This document shows, piece by piece, positions 25,212 through 37,307 of a DNA stretch of 64,000 nt. Each line of letters begins with the position of its first letter. Within the stretch, counting starts at the first letter, position 1. Both the position numbers and the translations under genes were made by a program. This DNA is from Eutreptiella sp. 'Long Island Sound 2002' (taxonomy: Eukaryota > Protista > Euglenida): positions 6,758,001 to 6,822,000 of the forward strand of contig OZ038379.1 in NCBI GenBank assembly GCA_964036045.1, in the 5' to 3' direction. Below the pieces are notes generated by a model, which saw only the letters and a list, made by a program, of their open reading frames with translations, was not told where the DNA came from and did no database searches.

Positions 25212-25356
25212 CTTCCGGGACGGTATTGAATGTCTCGTCAAAAGGAAAGGACGTATGGGTCGCATCGCCGTTGATACCAACAACTAAGGGCGTCTTGGCT
25301 TTCTCACCCAGCGAGAGGTTCTGGAAAATAAACAACGGCTGGCCAGGAGTAAATTC
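25212..25356 (-). pseudogene. PFOR exon (domain II-III linker), copy 1
   Basis: EFTPGQPLFIFQNLSLGEKAKTPLVVGINGDATHTSFPFDETFNTVPE, matching the (D/E)FxP...FxVGIxDDVTxTS...TxPEG motif. AG/GT boundaries; splices in phase to the 24849 exon. Confidence 0.82.
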
Positions 25357-25679
25357 CTGCAAAGAGCAGCGAGCAGGCAAAGGTGGCCGCCTGTGTGCAC
25401 ACCCCGAGGTTTTCGCATTGCACTGTTTTTCGGGCTACGTGCACACACTCCGTCGAATATGACCATCGACCGTCGATCACGCACCGCATTTCTAACTCCG
25501 AGTCAACTAGTTCAACAGACTTAACAAGATAGCTACACAAATTGAACAACATTTGGGGATGGGTGTTATGTGGCAGCCTGTTCGGAATTCGGTGTTTGTT
25601 GTGCTGCAGTGTGGTGGAGGAGAGCATGCTTCAGACAGGCAATGTGACAAATGAGCCAATGATGAACATACTTCTGATG

Positions 25680-25930
25680 AGTTGATAAGAACCCCAATTC
25701 GCATTCGAATCGTAGTAAAATGCGCTCCTGGTGATGCAATCATTTTCGCGAGGTTTGCCTGCTGTGCCAAACTGAATTGCTGTGCAGGAGGGGTCTGCAT
25801 AACACGTCTCCGCACATCCATGAAAGGTGTTGCTCTAAGCGTTGGTCTCATCATAGCTATTCAAGGATGCTCCAACAGACCCAAGACAGCCAATAGTGAA
25901 CGGTCCGTCAAGGGAAAACCACTCTGTGTA
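25680..25930 (-). pseudogene. PAN/Apple-like domain coding remnant with one in-frame stop (absent from the ORF track)
   Basis: YTEWFSLDGPFTIGCLGSVGASLNSYDETNA*SNTFHGCAETCYADPSCTAIQFGTAGKPRENDCITRSAFYYDSNANWGSYQL; the C-x3-C-x5-C spacing and AIQF are PAN-like. Confidence 0.45.
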
Positions 25931-25944
25931 GAGAGCAACCGATG

Positions 25945-26120
25945 TTGTGCACAAAGGTTCAGGGTATCAAAGGATGTTGTGCAAGAAGGTTCAGGGTACC
26001 AAACAATGTTGTGCAGAGGCTGGGGTACCAAAGAATGTTGTACACACTCGGGACACCAAACGATGGAGGGCATGTTGTGCAGAGAGGTTCAGGGTACCAA
26101 ACGATGTTGTGCAGAGGTTC
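25945..26120. repeat. Degenerate tandem repeat, about 28-bp unit (tgttgtgcagaggttcagggtaccaaacga)
   Basis: About 5 copies visible. Confidence 0.75.
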
Positions 26121-26657
26121 GGAAAAGGCTGAACTTTAAAAACATTCTACTGCCTTTGGCAAGTCCACCTCACAGAGAATCTACCACGAGCAATGCACTG
26201 TGTTCAACCCTACAAAAAAAAAACGCCCTCTTTATGCGTACGTTGCTCATCACATTTCAAAAAACAACAGTAAGTGGCGTGAAACTGGTGCACTCTGGTT
26301 TGAGTTTGAGAAATAAATTGACTCTGTTGCTTGTTGTGGTCAGTGGGAAAAATGTTTTATGAAATGAGAGTGGGAGAGGTGCTGATTCTGGCTCTTGGCG
26401 TCTCCAGATTTGCCTCTATTTGAGCTGTTGGCATGCCATGCTCTCTCCTAAAATTTCCCTCTTTACGGAATAGGTCTGCACTCTTGCACTTGGTGGAGCT
26501 GGTGTACCTAAGCACGTCTGTTCATGGAAATCCTGCGGAAGCCCCAAAGATTTTAAAGCTGGTCGTAGTTGTTTGGAAAGCAGGCGGTAATTGCTCTGAG
26601 GCCCTCATGGCATCAATGCTACCAGCAGCGTGCTCGGCGCTGCGTCATTCAACACAC

Positions 26658-26802
26658 CTTCCGGGACGGTATTGAATGTCTCGTCAAAAGGAAAGGACGT
26701 ATGGGTCACATCGCCGTTGATACCAACAACTAAGGGCGTCTTGGCTTTCTCACCCAGCGAGAGGTTCTCGAAAATAAACAACGGCTGGCCAGGAGTAAAT
26801 TC
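26658..26802 (-). pseudogene. PFOR exon (domain II-III linker), copy 2
   Basis: Near-identical duplicate of 25212-25356 with the same splice sites; flanks at about 26505-26830 are also duplicated from about 25030-25385. Confidence 0.82.
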
Positions 26803-26869
26803 CTGCAAAGAGCAGCGAGCAGGCAAAGGTGGTGGCGGTGCACATGGGTCATAGCTTTGGTTTTGGCTC

Positions 26870-26965
26870 TGAAATCCGTAATTTCCTTGAAATAATTCTC
26901 CCATATGCAACGAGGGACCGCCAAACACACGGAGGGACTTTGGCCAATTCCCACTCCAGTCAATT
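26870..26965 (-). other. Possible degenerate downstream ligase exon (motif III region)
   Basis: DWSGNWPKSLRVFGGPSLHMGELFQGNYGFQ resembles DWF...P.LDGELF.GR..FQ. A short NNHYFAP piece with AG/GT ends lies at about 27620-27642 in the right order. No canonical acceptor seen for this piece. Confidence 0.3.
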
Positions 26966-28126
26966 GGCGCCAAAGGCACCAGAGAAAGTTTTTTGATTGG
27001 CCGAAGGCCCAGAGGAAAATATGGTCCAATATTTTCGGGGGGGATTGGTGGGTAGATCTAGGTGGGGGGGGGGGGGGACCCCACCCCCAGTGGTACCGAG
27101 TGCCGAGCAGCCCTGGGTCTGGCCCAAGCCCCCCTGCCTCCTACGGTTGTCCATCCCAACCTGCTCTCTTGGCCTCCTTGAGTGCCTGGGCGTCCTCTCC
27201 TCCCCCCGTTGCGGGCAGAAGTGAAACCGGCCTGCCCAGGCACCCATGCATCACACAGGACCTGTTGAACAACCAACTGAGAGGGCCCAAAACGAAAACG
27301 TAACATTTCCAATTGGTGCTGTCAGTGACCCCCTGTGTTTGGCTGACTGTTGTCTGTTCCCTTGACTGTGGCTGGTTGTTTAACGGAGGTTCGGGGAAGG
27401 GGTCGAGAGCAGGGGGGGAGTCTCGAGGGTTTGTTGGCGTGTGACTGACCATTGAAGTGTTAGTTGGTAGCGCTTGACACCCCCCCCCAAAACTCCGTCC
27501 AGGTCTGTCACTGATCAGCAATACAAACACGAACACTGCGGAGGCCCAGCACAAGCAGCTGGGCACAAATTATGAAAAGCAAATTGCAGCCGAAGCCTGT
27601 GTCTCCCCTGACACCAGGGGCAAAGTAATGATTATTGCTAAACATTAGATAGGTGGGGGAACCTGTAGCGAAGAGTGCAATCCCCCCCCAACGCATGAGA
27701 AGGGGAGGAGGTGGGGGGAGGGGGCCCAAGGGGCGGGGGACCCTCCACCTACGGTTGGCAGCTGTTCTAATACATCCACGGGGGTGCGCTTGAAGAGGGG
27801 GGAGGGATCCCTGCCCCCGCCCCTCTTTGGGGTGCCGGTCAGCTGTGCTAACCGCTTCTGGCCCCCTTCAACGGCCCTGACACCGCTTTGTACCCGACCG
27901 AAATTGCCTCCCAACCGCTTTCCAACCGCCTGCAACCGCTCCCAAAGCCTCCCTTCGGCCCCCTCCTCCCCCGCCACTCCGCTGCACCAGTCGGCCTGCC
28001 CGGCCCCTTCAGAAAGGGCCCCCATCCGCCACACCGGGCACGGCCCGCGGCCCAGACCCAACGGGGAATGGGGTGGGGCTTGGGGGCAGGGGGTAGCGGT
28101 CCGGAGAAACGGAGCACAGGCCACAC

Positions 28127-28269
28127 CAACCGCTCGCCATCCCAATACGCCCGCAGCCCGTCGTACTTCTCGGACACCCACCAGCCCTTCAGCGCCGCCG
28201 CCTCGTCCAGCCGCTGCAGCGTCTTGGCCAAAAGAAACTCAGGGGCCTGCGGCATCTGTGCCACGTCCT
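28127..28269 (-). CDS. ATP-dependent DNA ligase exon (adenylation motif I)
   Basis: DVAQMPQAPEFLLAKTLQRLDEAAALKGWWVSEKYDGLRAYWDGERL contains LLA..GWWxSEKxDGxRAYWDG of minimal ATP-dependent ligases. CAG acceptor; GT donor at 28126. Confidence 0.88.
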
Positions 28270-29583
28270 CTGGGGAAGCGGGTCACAGACTTCGTTGTGC
28301 AGGATTGAACAATGCAGGGGAAGGGGCCCTCAGTAGGATTTGGATATCGCACCTACAAATACCAAGAAAAAAGGTCACACATGAATTGGGGACATGATAT
28401 GTGGCGGGGGAAGAGAGAAACAAGATGGACGGTCAGAGGACTCAAACAAACGCCGATTGCACCCCAGGGGTGCAATTCACAATGTCCCGATCATGCTTCA
28501 CAAAGCTGAGTGACATATGGTTGGGTGACAACACGCCCAAATCCACACACATCGATGACAGTCGCAACTGCAACTGTCCCCACATTGGAATGTGAAGGGG
28601 TCGGTGCTGGAATGCCTTTGTTGCTTGGGCCATCCACAAGAGCTTGCTTGTACAGCTGATTGCGCTTGGGGTCCCACAAGTACAAATGACAGGCGGGTTC
28701 AACGGCCACCCCACAAGAAAAAAAAAGAAGCAGGCCACAGAGCAAGCTTTTTTTTCTCAAACGTGCAAGGCGCGGAGACACACCAGCATCGCATGTTTCA
28801 ACACATGCCTTGAACTGCAAACACCAATCCCATGTGTTTGACCATACCCGCAGTGCAAAGAACCGGTGATGTCACACCCAGGCCACTAACTTAAAGCGGG
28901 GGTTGTGGCGTGGGGTTGTGTTGTGTCAAGTTTTCCTGGGCAATGGAGTCACTTGAGAGATATCCAACATTTGGCGCTTTGGAGTGGCAGGTGGCACGCC
29001 TTGAACACGTGGTGTGAGTTAAGGGGAGAAATTCTCCTTCACAGATTTTTACCAGGGTCCCCAAGCGGTGAGGAATCAAATGACTACATAACTCATGCAT
29101 TAACCTGCCCAAAGCAGCATGCAGCATCAGGGTCCTCAAGCCGGGAAGGAGTCAAATGGCTGCACAACCCATACCGTATCAGGGTGCCCAAAGAGGGGAG
29201 GAATCAAATGACCGCCTAACCACCACCATCCACTACCATATGGAGTCCCCATCGTGGGAAGGAGTCAAACGACCACCTAGCCCATGTTGTAACCAGACCG
29301 GCAAACAAGGGGGTGATGGTGTTTTCAATGGCTGTGATTCTTTCAAGCACATTTGCAAATACAGTAAAAAAAAAAAAATCAGGTGCAATAAACGGTGCTT
29401 GGAAACAAACTCAAAATTTTTCTAGTCGGAAAATGTCACGTTTTTGATTCCGTTGCACCCCAAGGACGTTCGATGCGCCCTGAGGCAGAGCACCGGCTGA
29501 TGAGGGAGATTTGTGCGTCACCAACAGTGTGCAGGACTCCTCCCGATGAACACTCATAAGTGGAAGCTGACCCGATGCAATCC

Positions 29584-29765
29584 AGAAGACCGTGTTCATT
29601 TATCTGCCGTTGTTTGTTTGTTTTGCCAACTGAATTTCTGCAATGGTCCTGGCGTCGCAAGATACTTCATTTTTCCTGTTTTTCCTGGGCAGCATTTTTG
29701 TGAAGTTGACCTTTCTGTGAAGGATGTTTGGGTGCCCTTCTCCTGTTCATAACAAGAAGTGCGGG
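29584..29765. repeat. About 180-bp direct repeat, second copy at 30579-30760; the pair flanks a BRCT exon
   Basis: agaagaccgtgttcatttatctgccg...aacaagaagtgcggg is present twice. Confidence 0.9.
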
Positions 29766-30006
29766 TTACTGCGTCGCCAACCACTGTCGGGTTGCCACAA
29801 AAATGCCACCCCAAAACCTGAGGCTTTCCTGGAAAAACGAAAGAAAGAAGAAAAGAAATAAATCCCCGTGGCAACCAACATTTGTCCAGCCCCACCACCC
29901 CTCGGCCCACACGGGAGAAACCGTGACCCAACGAACCCCTGCCAGTGAGAAATTCCCTCGCGGCAGACATCCCCTCCGGACCTGCCCGACCCAATCATCC
30001 CCATAC

Positions 30007-30214
30007 CACTGTCCTCGGCCGCCACAAATGTGGACTGCAACTCCTCCCCAGTCTCCACAAGGTGGACCAGGAAATCCTCTGTAACAACCGCAACCTCAGC
30101 TTTTCTGTGGGCTGCATTGTGCAAAGCGGTGCCAGCCCCGTTCTCGCACACCACCAAATGCGTCACCTCGGAGGTCAGCGTCCGGGCCACAGACCAGCCA
30201 CGACTCCCCAGTTC
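30007..30214 (-). CDS. BRCT domain exon (second half), ligase gene
   Basis: ELGSRGWSVARTLTSEVTHLVVCENGAGTALHNAAHRKAEVAVVTEDFLVHLVETGE. AG/GT ends; its phase-1 end joins the phase-1 start of the 28269 exon. Confidence 0.8.
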
Positions 30215-30759
30215 CTGTATAATAGAGGAAACGGTTCAATGGGCACAAGTGCAGCAGACCTAACCTCCTGCGGTCAACTGGATATCCCCGCCATGGAGGC
30301 CGGTAGACACGGCGTAGATTGCAACCAACAGAAACGCCAGACTGCGTAATTCAACCCCTTTCAAGTTTGGGTGAAATGACGATAAGGTGGAGGACCATTC
30401 ACAGCAAGGTAAAACACCCTTTCAACACAGCAGCAGCTGATGCTGCAACAGACCAAGATATTCGACACCGGCCCGATCCAGTGTCTCATCCAGATAGACT
30501 GTAGCGGTGTCAGAGAATACGCGGGATACCAATTCTGTTGAATTCTATTTTCGCAATTTTTGAAGGCCGCCAGAAAACAGAAGACCGTGTTCATTTATCT
30601 GCCGTTGTTTGTTTTTTTTGCCAACTGAATTTCTGCAATGGTCCTGGCGTCGCAAGATACTTCAATTTTCCTGTTTTTCCTTGGCGGCATTTTTGTGAAG
30701 TTAACCTTCCTGTGAAGGATGTTTGGGTGCCCTTCTCCTGTTCATAACAAGAAGTGCGG

Positions 30760-31135
30760 GCCCTTGGACTATGGGATCGCACGCAGTCCATGCCACACAC
30801 ATAGGTTGGTTGAACTCGAGGAGTGCCATACACTTTCCAATCCGTTTTCGGGCACTTTCAATCTTGGTGTCACTCAAAGTCTTCATCGCTGCTGATGTGA
30901 CAATGAGGCAAGCAAACCCTTCCACGTTAGAAGAGCCACAGGGTCCCACAACTGGGCAACAAGGGTGACTGCTGCAGGGCCAGCAGCAACATTCAAAATC
31001 CCAACAACCATGGCTCTACAGAAATCAGACAGAATGTCCAAATCTCCTCCAGCAGCAAAACGAAGGGCTGCAATGTCATGGGGCACAACGGACCAACCAA
31101 TACACTTGCTCCATCTGAACACAATGCGACATAAA
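30760..31135 (-). mobile_element. Remnant of a second hAT-type transposase inside the ligase intron
   Basis: VALCSDGASVLVG, then after a frameshift VVPHDIAALRFAA..D, then KTLSDT; these parallel CGDGASVVQG / VVPYHASCH / HTRRW in the 7.3-9 kb transposase. Confidence 0.5.
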
Positions 31136-32541
31136 CAACCCAGCAATCAGGGTTTGTAGAATGACGTCTTCCAAAATTGCTCCCAGACCTCTTGGGATGC
31201 CCAAAACGAGTGTTTTCAGCCTGTTTTGAGGCCGTCCTGCCCTGTGTGGCCCCCGAACAGTCCCGAAACCCTTTGAAAACGGGCCATTTGGCGCCCATAA
31301 GTGCGTTAAAAATGGGGTCAACAACGGATTTTTCCAGAAATGATGGGGCTGTGTTGGTCCCATGTTCAGTCGGTTTTGCCATGTACGTATGGCATGCCCA
31401 TGTTTGAGGAGTCCCAGGGTGAATCCCCTCTATTTTGAAAATAGAGGGGTGGGGAATCCATTTTTGAAGATTTTGGGGCCTGTCCGTAAATCCTCTGCCC
31501 AGAGATTCCGATTTTGTATCATTTTTGCCATGTTTTCACCAACATCTGGCAAGGCTGCATCCCGGGCATCTTACAGGCCCGATTCCTTCAAAATAGTGTC
31601 AATGGGAGGTCATATTCATTCAGAGTAGATTTGTTGCGTCTGATGTGTAGAAGCCATGTGCAAAGTGGCTCGACTCAACTCAACAATACTTGGCACAACC
31701 ATCATGGGCACCCCCCATGGTGCTGCCAGTTCGCATCAGGCTGCACAGGGGTGTTAGTGTTCAGATTAGCCAACATATCATTGGGATGAGGGGAGCTACT
31801 TTGCACATGGCTTCTAAACATTAAAATGCAACCAATCCACCCTCAATGACTTGACCACTCACTGACAATATGTCGGAGGATTTGGGGGGGGGGGGGGGGG
31901 AGCAAGGTCGAGACGCCGGGAGCTGAGCCAACAGCAGGTCGAAACCATGAAAAGTTCAAAATTGCGTCTTCGGTACTCAAAAATATGGCCTCAGGACCCC
32001 CCATGACGGATACCTCTTCGAATATCCCTTTTTTTTGGAGATTTCAGCCCCCCCCCCCCCCCCAGTGACAATAATCTTAAGCAATTCGGCCGAAAAATTG
32101 ACAACCCGTTTTGTGGATTACCCCCTCCCGTTTCTACAACGCGTATTTCTGTGTTCTACAATGCACAGTATTGCCTACACTGCATATTTCGTTTTCTACA
32201 AAATGACATGACACACACTATAATTTCCACAATACGTAGTAAAGCGTTCTCCAACGCGCGATATATTTTCCACACGGCATATCAAATTTCATGCAAAAAT
32301 GTTACATTCTCTACAATGCGCATTCAATTGGCTACAATGCAGATTACATCTTCTACAACACACACTACATTTTCTTCGACATGCATTGACCTTTCTGCAA
32401 CACACGCTACACTTTCGTTCGATTGTGTACCATTTCCACAACACGCCTTGCATTTTCTGCAGCACATGTCAACCACATTTTCTGCACTCCACATTGCAAT
32501 TTCTGCAACGTGGTACAGCCTCAACTGCTGATGGTGCATAC

Positions 32542-32600
32542 CTCGATCCACTCCTTGCGGGTCTTCTGCTTTGGATGCCCAGCAAAGATGAAGCCATATC
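32542..32600 (-). CDS. BRCT domain exon (first half), ligase gene
   Basis: (G)YGFIFAGHPKQKTRKEWIE with tcag acceptor and GTATGC donor; phase 0 join to the 30214 exon completes a coherent BRCT fold. Confidence 0.7.
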
Positions 32601-33199
32601 CTGAATAAGACACAGTCAAGATGGCCATTGGTTTTGAGAGAAATACCATGACCGGAGATTCGTTGCTCTGGGATTGCTCACCAAGTAATGGGGCTAAACC
32701 ACAGGAACTAGAGGAAAAGTGTGGTGCATAATTGTGTGTGTGTGGGAAATTGCCAAAAAGGCTCAGTAAATGTGCTGGTGAGTACTTCTGGGCGTATTGG
32801 TGGGTGAGAGTGTGTCAGTTGTCCATGTGATCACAAGGGGTGCTTCTGCCCCTGTGGCATCCCTGCCATGCTGGCGATGGCAACCTGTTCATGAAGGCCC
32901 TCCCAAGACTGTGAAGATATAGAGGGGGCTCGCCACTACCACTGATGTGGCAAATGTAGCACCGGGCCAGGAGGTTCCGGGCCACTGAGTCTTCTGAGGG
33001 GGGAGAGGAGGGGAAAGGGGCACAGGAATTCGGGAACGATGGGTCATTGAGCCACCAAATATCCCGTCAGATATTACAGTCTGCATTACAACAGCCCTCT
33101 GTCCTTCACTACAGCAACGAAGCAAGCAAGCAACAAGCAAGTCCACTGGCAGCTGTGTCAATCACCCCATCCCAACGCTGTGGGCTCAACTCTACTCCT

Positions 33200-33950
33200 G
33201 TCCCCTTATGCAACCACATGTGCCCTGCCCTGCCGTAACCTGCCCTGACCTGAACAATCGCTGTGGGCTCCAAATTGGGAAAACACCCTGTGGAAACCGT
33301 CCAGTTCGGCGACGTCCGTCCAGTCAAGTGTGCCCCAAACCGGCCACAGCGCAGATTTAGCGGTGAGTGTGCCACAGTTTCACTTCCCTTGCTGCGCCAT
33401 TGAGGGTTGTTCCAGCCTCTACCTCCAAGACAACTCTGGGTCACGCCTCAATAACTGCCCCACGTGTCACAGGCCGCCCAACTTGTCCGATGGTGCCTCG
33501 AAGGCTCCTTGTGTTTGCAGTTGTTGCATCCAACAAAGGCGAATCTGCTAATTTGTGCTTGAATGCTGCACATTTGGGACTTTGGTGCCAAAACTTCCGC
33601 CGTAGTTTTGTGGCATATGCCTGTGGCAGGCGTTTTTCTTTTGTCAAGTGCCTTGAGGTCCTCACATGCACAACTCCCAGCGATGGACTTGGACACTTGT
33701 GCTTCTCCTTTTGCTTGATCTCACTTGGGGTTCCGCCCACTTCAGAGGGCAAGTCGCAGATGAAAAAACCAACCTTGTTCAGCGACTAGCCACAAGTTCC
33801 AACTTTCAACACGGCTCCGCAGAGCGTGAGGCGACCTATTTCGCCACGGTGGACGATATCTTTGGCTGTATGGCTCGGAATCCGAATTTGACGGCACGTA
33901 CTCTGACCGCCACCACCCCCACTTTTTGCAATCTGGACCCTGTCCAGCGT
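33200..33950 (-). other. Possible further, degraded BRCT-like segments
   Basis: RFGAHLTGRTS and VRAVKFGFRAIQPKISSTV pieces resemble BRCT turns, but are interrupted by stops. Confidence 0.3.
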
Positions 33951-34117
33951 GTCCCTAACCCCATCCCAATCGCTGGACATACCCTGCCCAAATGACTCTC
34001 CAAAGGTGCCCCAACGCGGACCATTGGAGCTATATTCATGCGCCAAAGTGCACGCACAAGCGCATACATGCAAGCCTACCCGCACCTAGGCCGAACATGC
34101 ACATCGCGCACTGATAC

Positions 34118-34287
34118 CATTCAGGTGGGGCCCACGCGAACTCTGAGATCATGCTGCTGCTGGGCACTGTGCCGTGGTCCAGCAGATGAGCCACGAAAGC
34201 CTCCGTGACGATCAGAATGTTGTTGTGCACTGCTTTGTCGTAAGCTTGGGTGGTGTGCCCTTTCTCACCACAGACCAAGTGGGTTAC
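34118..34287 (-). CDS. BRCT domain exon (upstream BRCT), ligase gene
   Basis: VTHLVCGEKGHTTQAYDKAVHNNILIVTEAFVAHLLDHG; CAG acceptor and GTATCA donor. Confidence 0.72.
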
Positions 34288-35954
34288 CTGCCAGGACATT
34301 GGGACGGAGGCTGTTGGAACGATTCCATCATCTGACATGGGCATGCAACTCAAAGATGTGGTACTTTCGTGTCCTCTCTACAGCTTCGTATAGTGCAATG
34401 AAAACGCATTTTTTACGATGGCTGCTGGTAAAGAGGTTGCGGATAGGTGTTATTGCAACGCGTAGACACAGGTCATGCTTTTGCACTTCGCGCAGCACAC
34501 GTCTGCGCTGTCCCCAGCATCCAGGGACGAATTTGGTGAAAATAACATAAAAAGAAGAGAAAGATGATGCACAAGCAACTTGCACCACCATGCATGGCAA
34601 ATCTGTTTCAGAAATTTCGATTATTCCACTCTTGTGGCTCAAAACAGCCAAGCCCTTCAGGATCACAATGGCAAGGGTAGAATCCTGTGCCGATAGCTGA
34701 ACACCCCCCTTGCCCGAAAAACAGCTGTCGAAAATTTCATTATTTTTCGGGCCCCGGCTTGACAACACCTTAGTCTCCTTTGGGCCATTGTCCTATGTAA
34801 TAAGGTGGTGCTCATATCTAGACTCAACATTTACATAGCCACTGATATTGCATGCTCTGTGTGTTGCGTCTCCCCCAATTGTTGTGTCCGTGGTCAACAA
34901 TGATGTCCTAGGTGCAAGCACTTCCATTTTGCAAACTTCGCTCAAGTTTGCATACCAACAATCCCAGATTCCAACATTGTGCCCAAATTTCCCATGCACA
35001 GTTTGGTGTCAAAGCACAAACCTCAATGTGATGACGCTCATGCACTGTACCTATTCTCAAGTGCCTGGCACCTTTTGGCCCAAGTGGGTGGATGGCTAAC
35101 ACAAAATGTGCGGCATGTGTGTGATTGAGCATTCAAGCATTGTCTACATAGGCTTTGCAATGATGCATCTACACTCCATCTACCACATACACACACGAGC
35201 AAGAGGATAAATAATGGCCAAATGAGTCACACAAGGTAGCAACAAGGCCACTGCCTTGTCCAATTGGCAAGTCAAACACACACAACACTCAAACAACACA
35301 ATACCAACACAAAAAAAAGACAACACAAAACAAGAAAGCACAAAAGGTGGTAAGCATGCAACTTATTCTAGGACACCTACAAACCGCCACAAATACCCAA
35401 ACTCAACAAACAACAGACCACACAAAGAAATTACGCCTGCATAAAAAAAGGGCCAGCAACTATTAACTCCAACAGCTGGCGGGCAGGCTTGCGGCGGAAT
35501 TGACCTAACGGCTGGCCACCACCAACAACACTATGTTGACATAGCCCAAAGAAAGACCGCCCATGTGGTTCAAGGTCATGCCCATGTTATAGCAGCCCCG
35601 CCCCCCCCAAAAAAATTGGGCATCTATCCTACCACACATTGCAACTGTGGAGTCTTTTGCATTGCAAGCTGGACAGGTTTTCATGAAAGTAACCAAAAAA
35701 AGAGCAAATTCGTGCTTCTGCTTTGGGGAGCAAGCTCTTTCCTCGCTGTGTCTTTTTCCCAATCAGGGTCTTTGGTGGCTTCAACACAGAGCACGAGGGC
35801 ATCTGGTGGCCAAACGCGACTCCTTGAGTGTTGAACGGAATATTGAGAACGACTTGGAACTGTACACAAATGTGCAGTGCACATAAAAAAAGAGCATCCT
35901 CCAAGCATCCGTCCGACGCAACGACACAAACAACGTGCGCGAAACAAGCTTCAC

Positions 35955-36060
35955 CTGCAAGGAACGAGTGGAAGCACGTCCTCGTCAGGAATAGTCGACG
36001 TACGATGTGCGAAAGCCGTCGAAGAACTGCAGAGACGAATTCACGACCTTGTGGCGGCAC
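35955..36060 (-). pseudogene. PFOR domain I exon fragment, copy 2 (frameshifted)
   Basis: VNSSLQFFDGFRTS, then in a shifted frame STIPDEDVLPLVP; the family motif is HFFDGFRTSHE. Block 35705-35963 is duplicated at 36243-36501. Confidence 0.75.
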
Positions 36061-36492
36061 TCTGAAGACAAAAACAACATTGTGGACTTCTCTGGCACTT
36101 GGTAGAGCTGGTGTTTTGTGTGCATTGCTGGATTCGGACCCCTTGGAGCTACATACTGGATGCAAACAAAAAAAGGATGCATTTGAACTGTGTTGAACTC
36201 TCCACTGTTTGAACACAAAGCAACACAAAAAAGGTAACGACACAAATTCGTGCTTCTGCTTTGGGGAGCAAGCTCTTTCCTCGCTGTGTCTTTTTCCCAA
36301 TCAGGGTCTTTGGTGGCTTCAACACAGAGCACGAGGGCATCTGGTGGCCAAACGCGACTCCTTGAGTGTTGAACGGAATATTGAGAACGACTTGGAACTG
36401 TACACAAATGTGCAGTGCACATAAAAAAAGAGCATCCTCCAAGCATCCGTCCGACGCAACGACACAAACAATGTGCGCGAAACAATCTTCAC

Positions 36493-36795
36493 CTGCAAGG
36501 ATTCGCGAGGCACGAATGGAAGCATGTCCTCGTCAGAAATAGTTGACGTATGACGTACGAAGCCGTCTCGTACGAAGCCGTCTAAGTGAGAGTTCGCGAC
36601 CTCGTCGAGGCACTCTGAGCGATGAGAGCTAGCCACGTCTCGGACCTCTTGAACGTTGAAGGAATCCGTCTGGTGGCAAGCCACCACGTCGGTAGGCACG
36701 TCGGAGTGATCGTTGAAAACAGACAACCCGTACTTGGAAATGGTCCGGGCCAACACGTGTATCTCGTCACCAGCAATCAAATACAGAATGGGAAT
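36493..36795 (-). pseudogene. PFOR domain I exon, copy 1, degenerate
   Basis: IPILYLIAGDEIHVLARTISKYGLSVFNDHSDV...SFNVQEVRD...DGF...STISDEDMLPFVP, versus consensus MIPNMYxIAGE...HVAAR...LSIFGDHxDV...SVQEVxD...DGFRTSHE. Contains small internal duplications and deletions. Confidence 0.78.
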
Positions 36796-37010
36796 CCCCC
36801 GAGCTCCCAGCTCCCCCGAGTCTCGCTTTGCCTGCTTCCCCAAGCGTAGCTCGGGGCATAAAAAGGTACGGCGGATCCCCCAAAATTCGCTTCGCCTGCA
36901 CGGCTCCCCCAAGCGCAGCTCCGGCCATAAAAAGGTAAGGCAACTCCCCCGAGTCTCGCTTCGCCTGCAAGGCTCCCCCAAGCGCAGCTCTAGGCATCTC
37001 CACAAGTCCC
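36790..37010. repeat. Degenerate tandem repeat of about 60 bp (ctccccgagtctcgcttcgcctgcaaggctcccccaagcgcagctc)
   Basis: Three related units visible. Confidence 0.7.
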
Positions 37011-37307
37011 ATGTTCTGGTGGAGAGACCTTGAGCAAAAAGGTAAGGTGAAGGCACACCCAACAAAGAGCAAAGGTAAAGGTCAGAGGTAAAAGGTCAAA
37101 GTGCACACAACAAAGAGCAAAGGTCAAGTTCCAAGGTCAAAGGTCACAAGGGTGCAAGTCAGTTTGGAGATGATGCAGGTCACTGTGGAGAAGGTGTAAC
37201 TGACAGCAAGCAGTAAAGGCAAAAGAAAGCACCTAGCAGCCTACAATGCGACGACCAAACATGCCAACTAATTTGCCTAACTGCAATAATTATGTATTAT
37301 GTATACA

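Noticed and set aside
33666-33995. Plus-strand ORF with signal-peptide-like start and AHFRG motif
   Set aside because: Lies antisense to BRCT-like segments of the ligase locus, and the rest shows no recognisable domain; cannot be supported.
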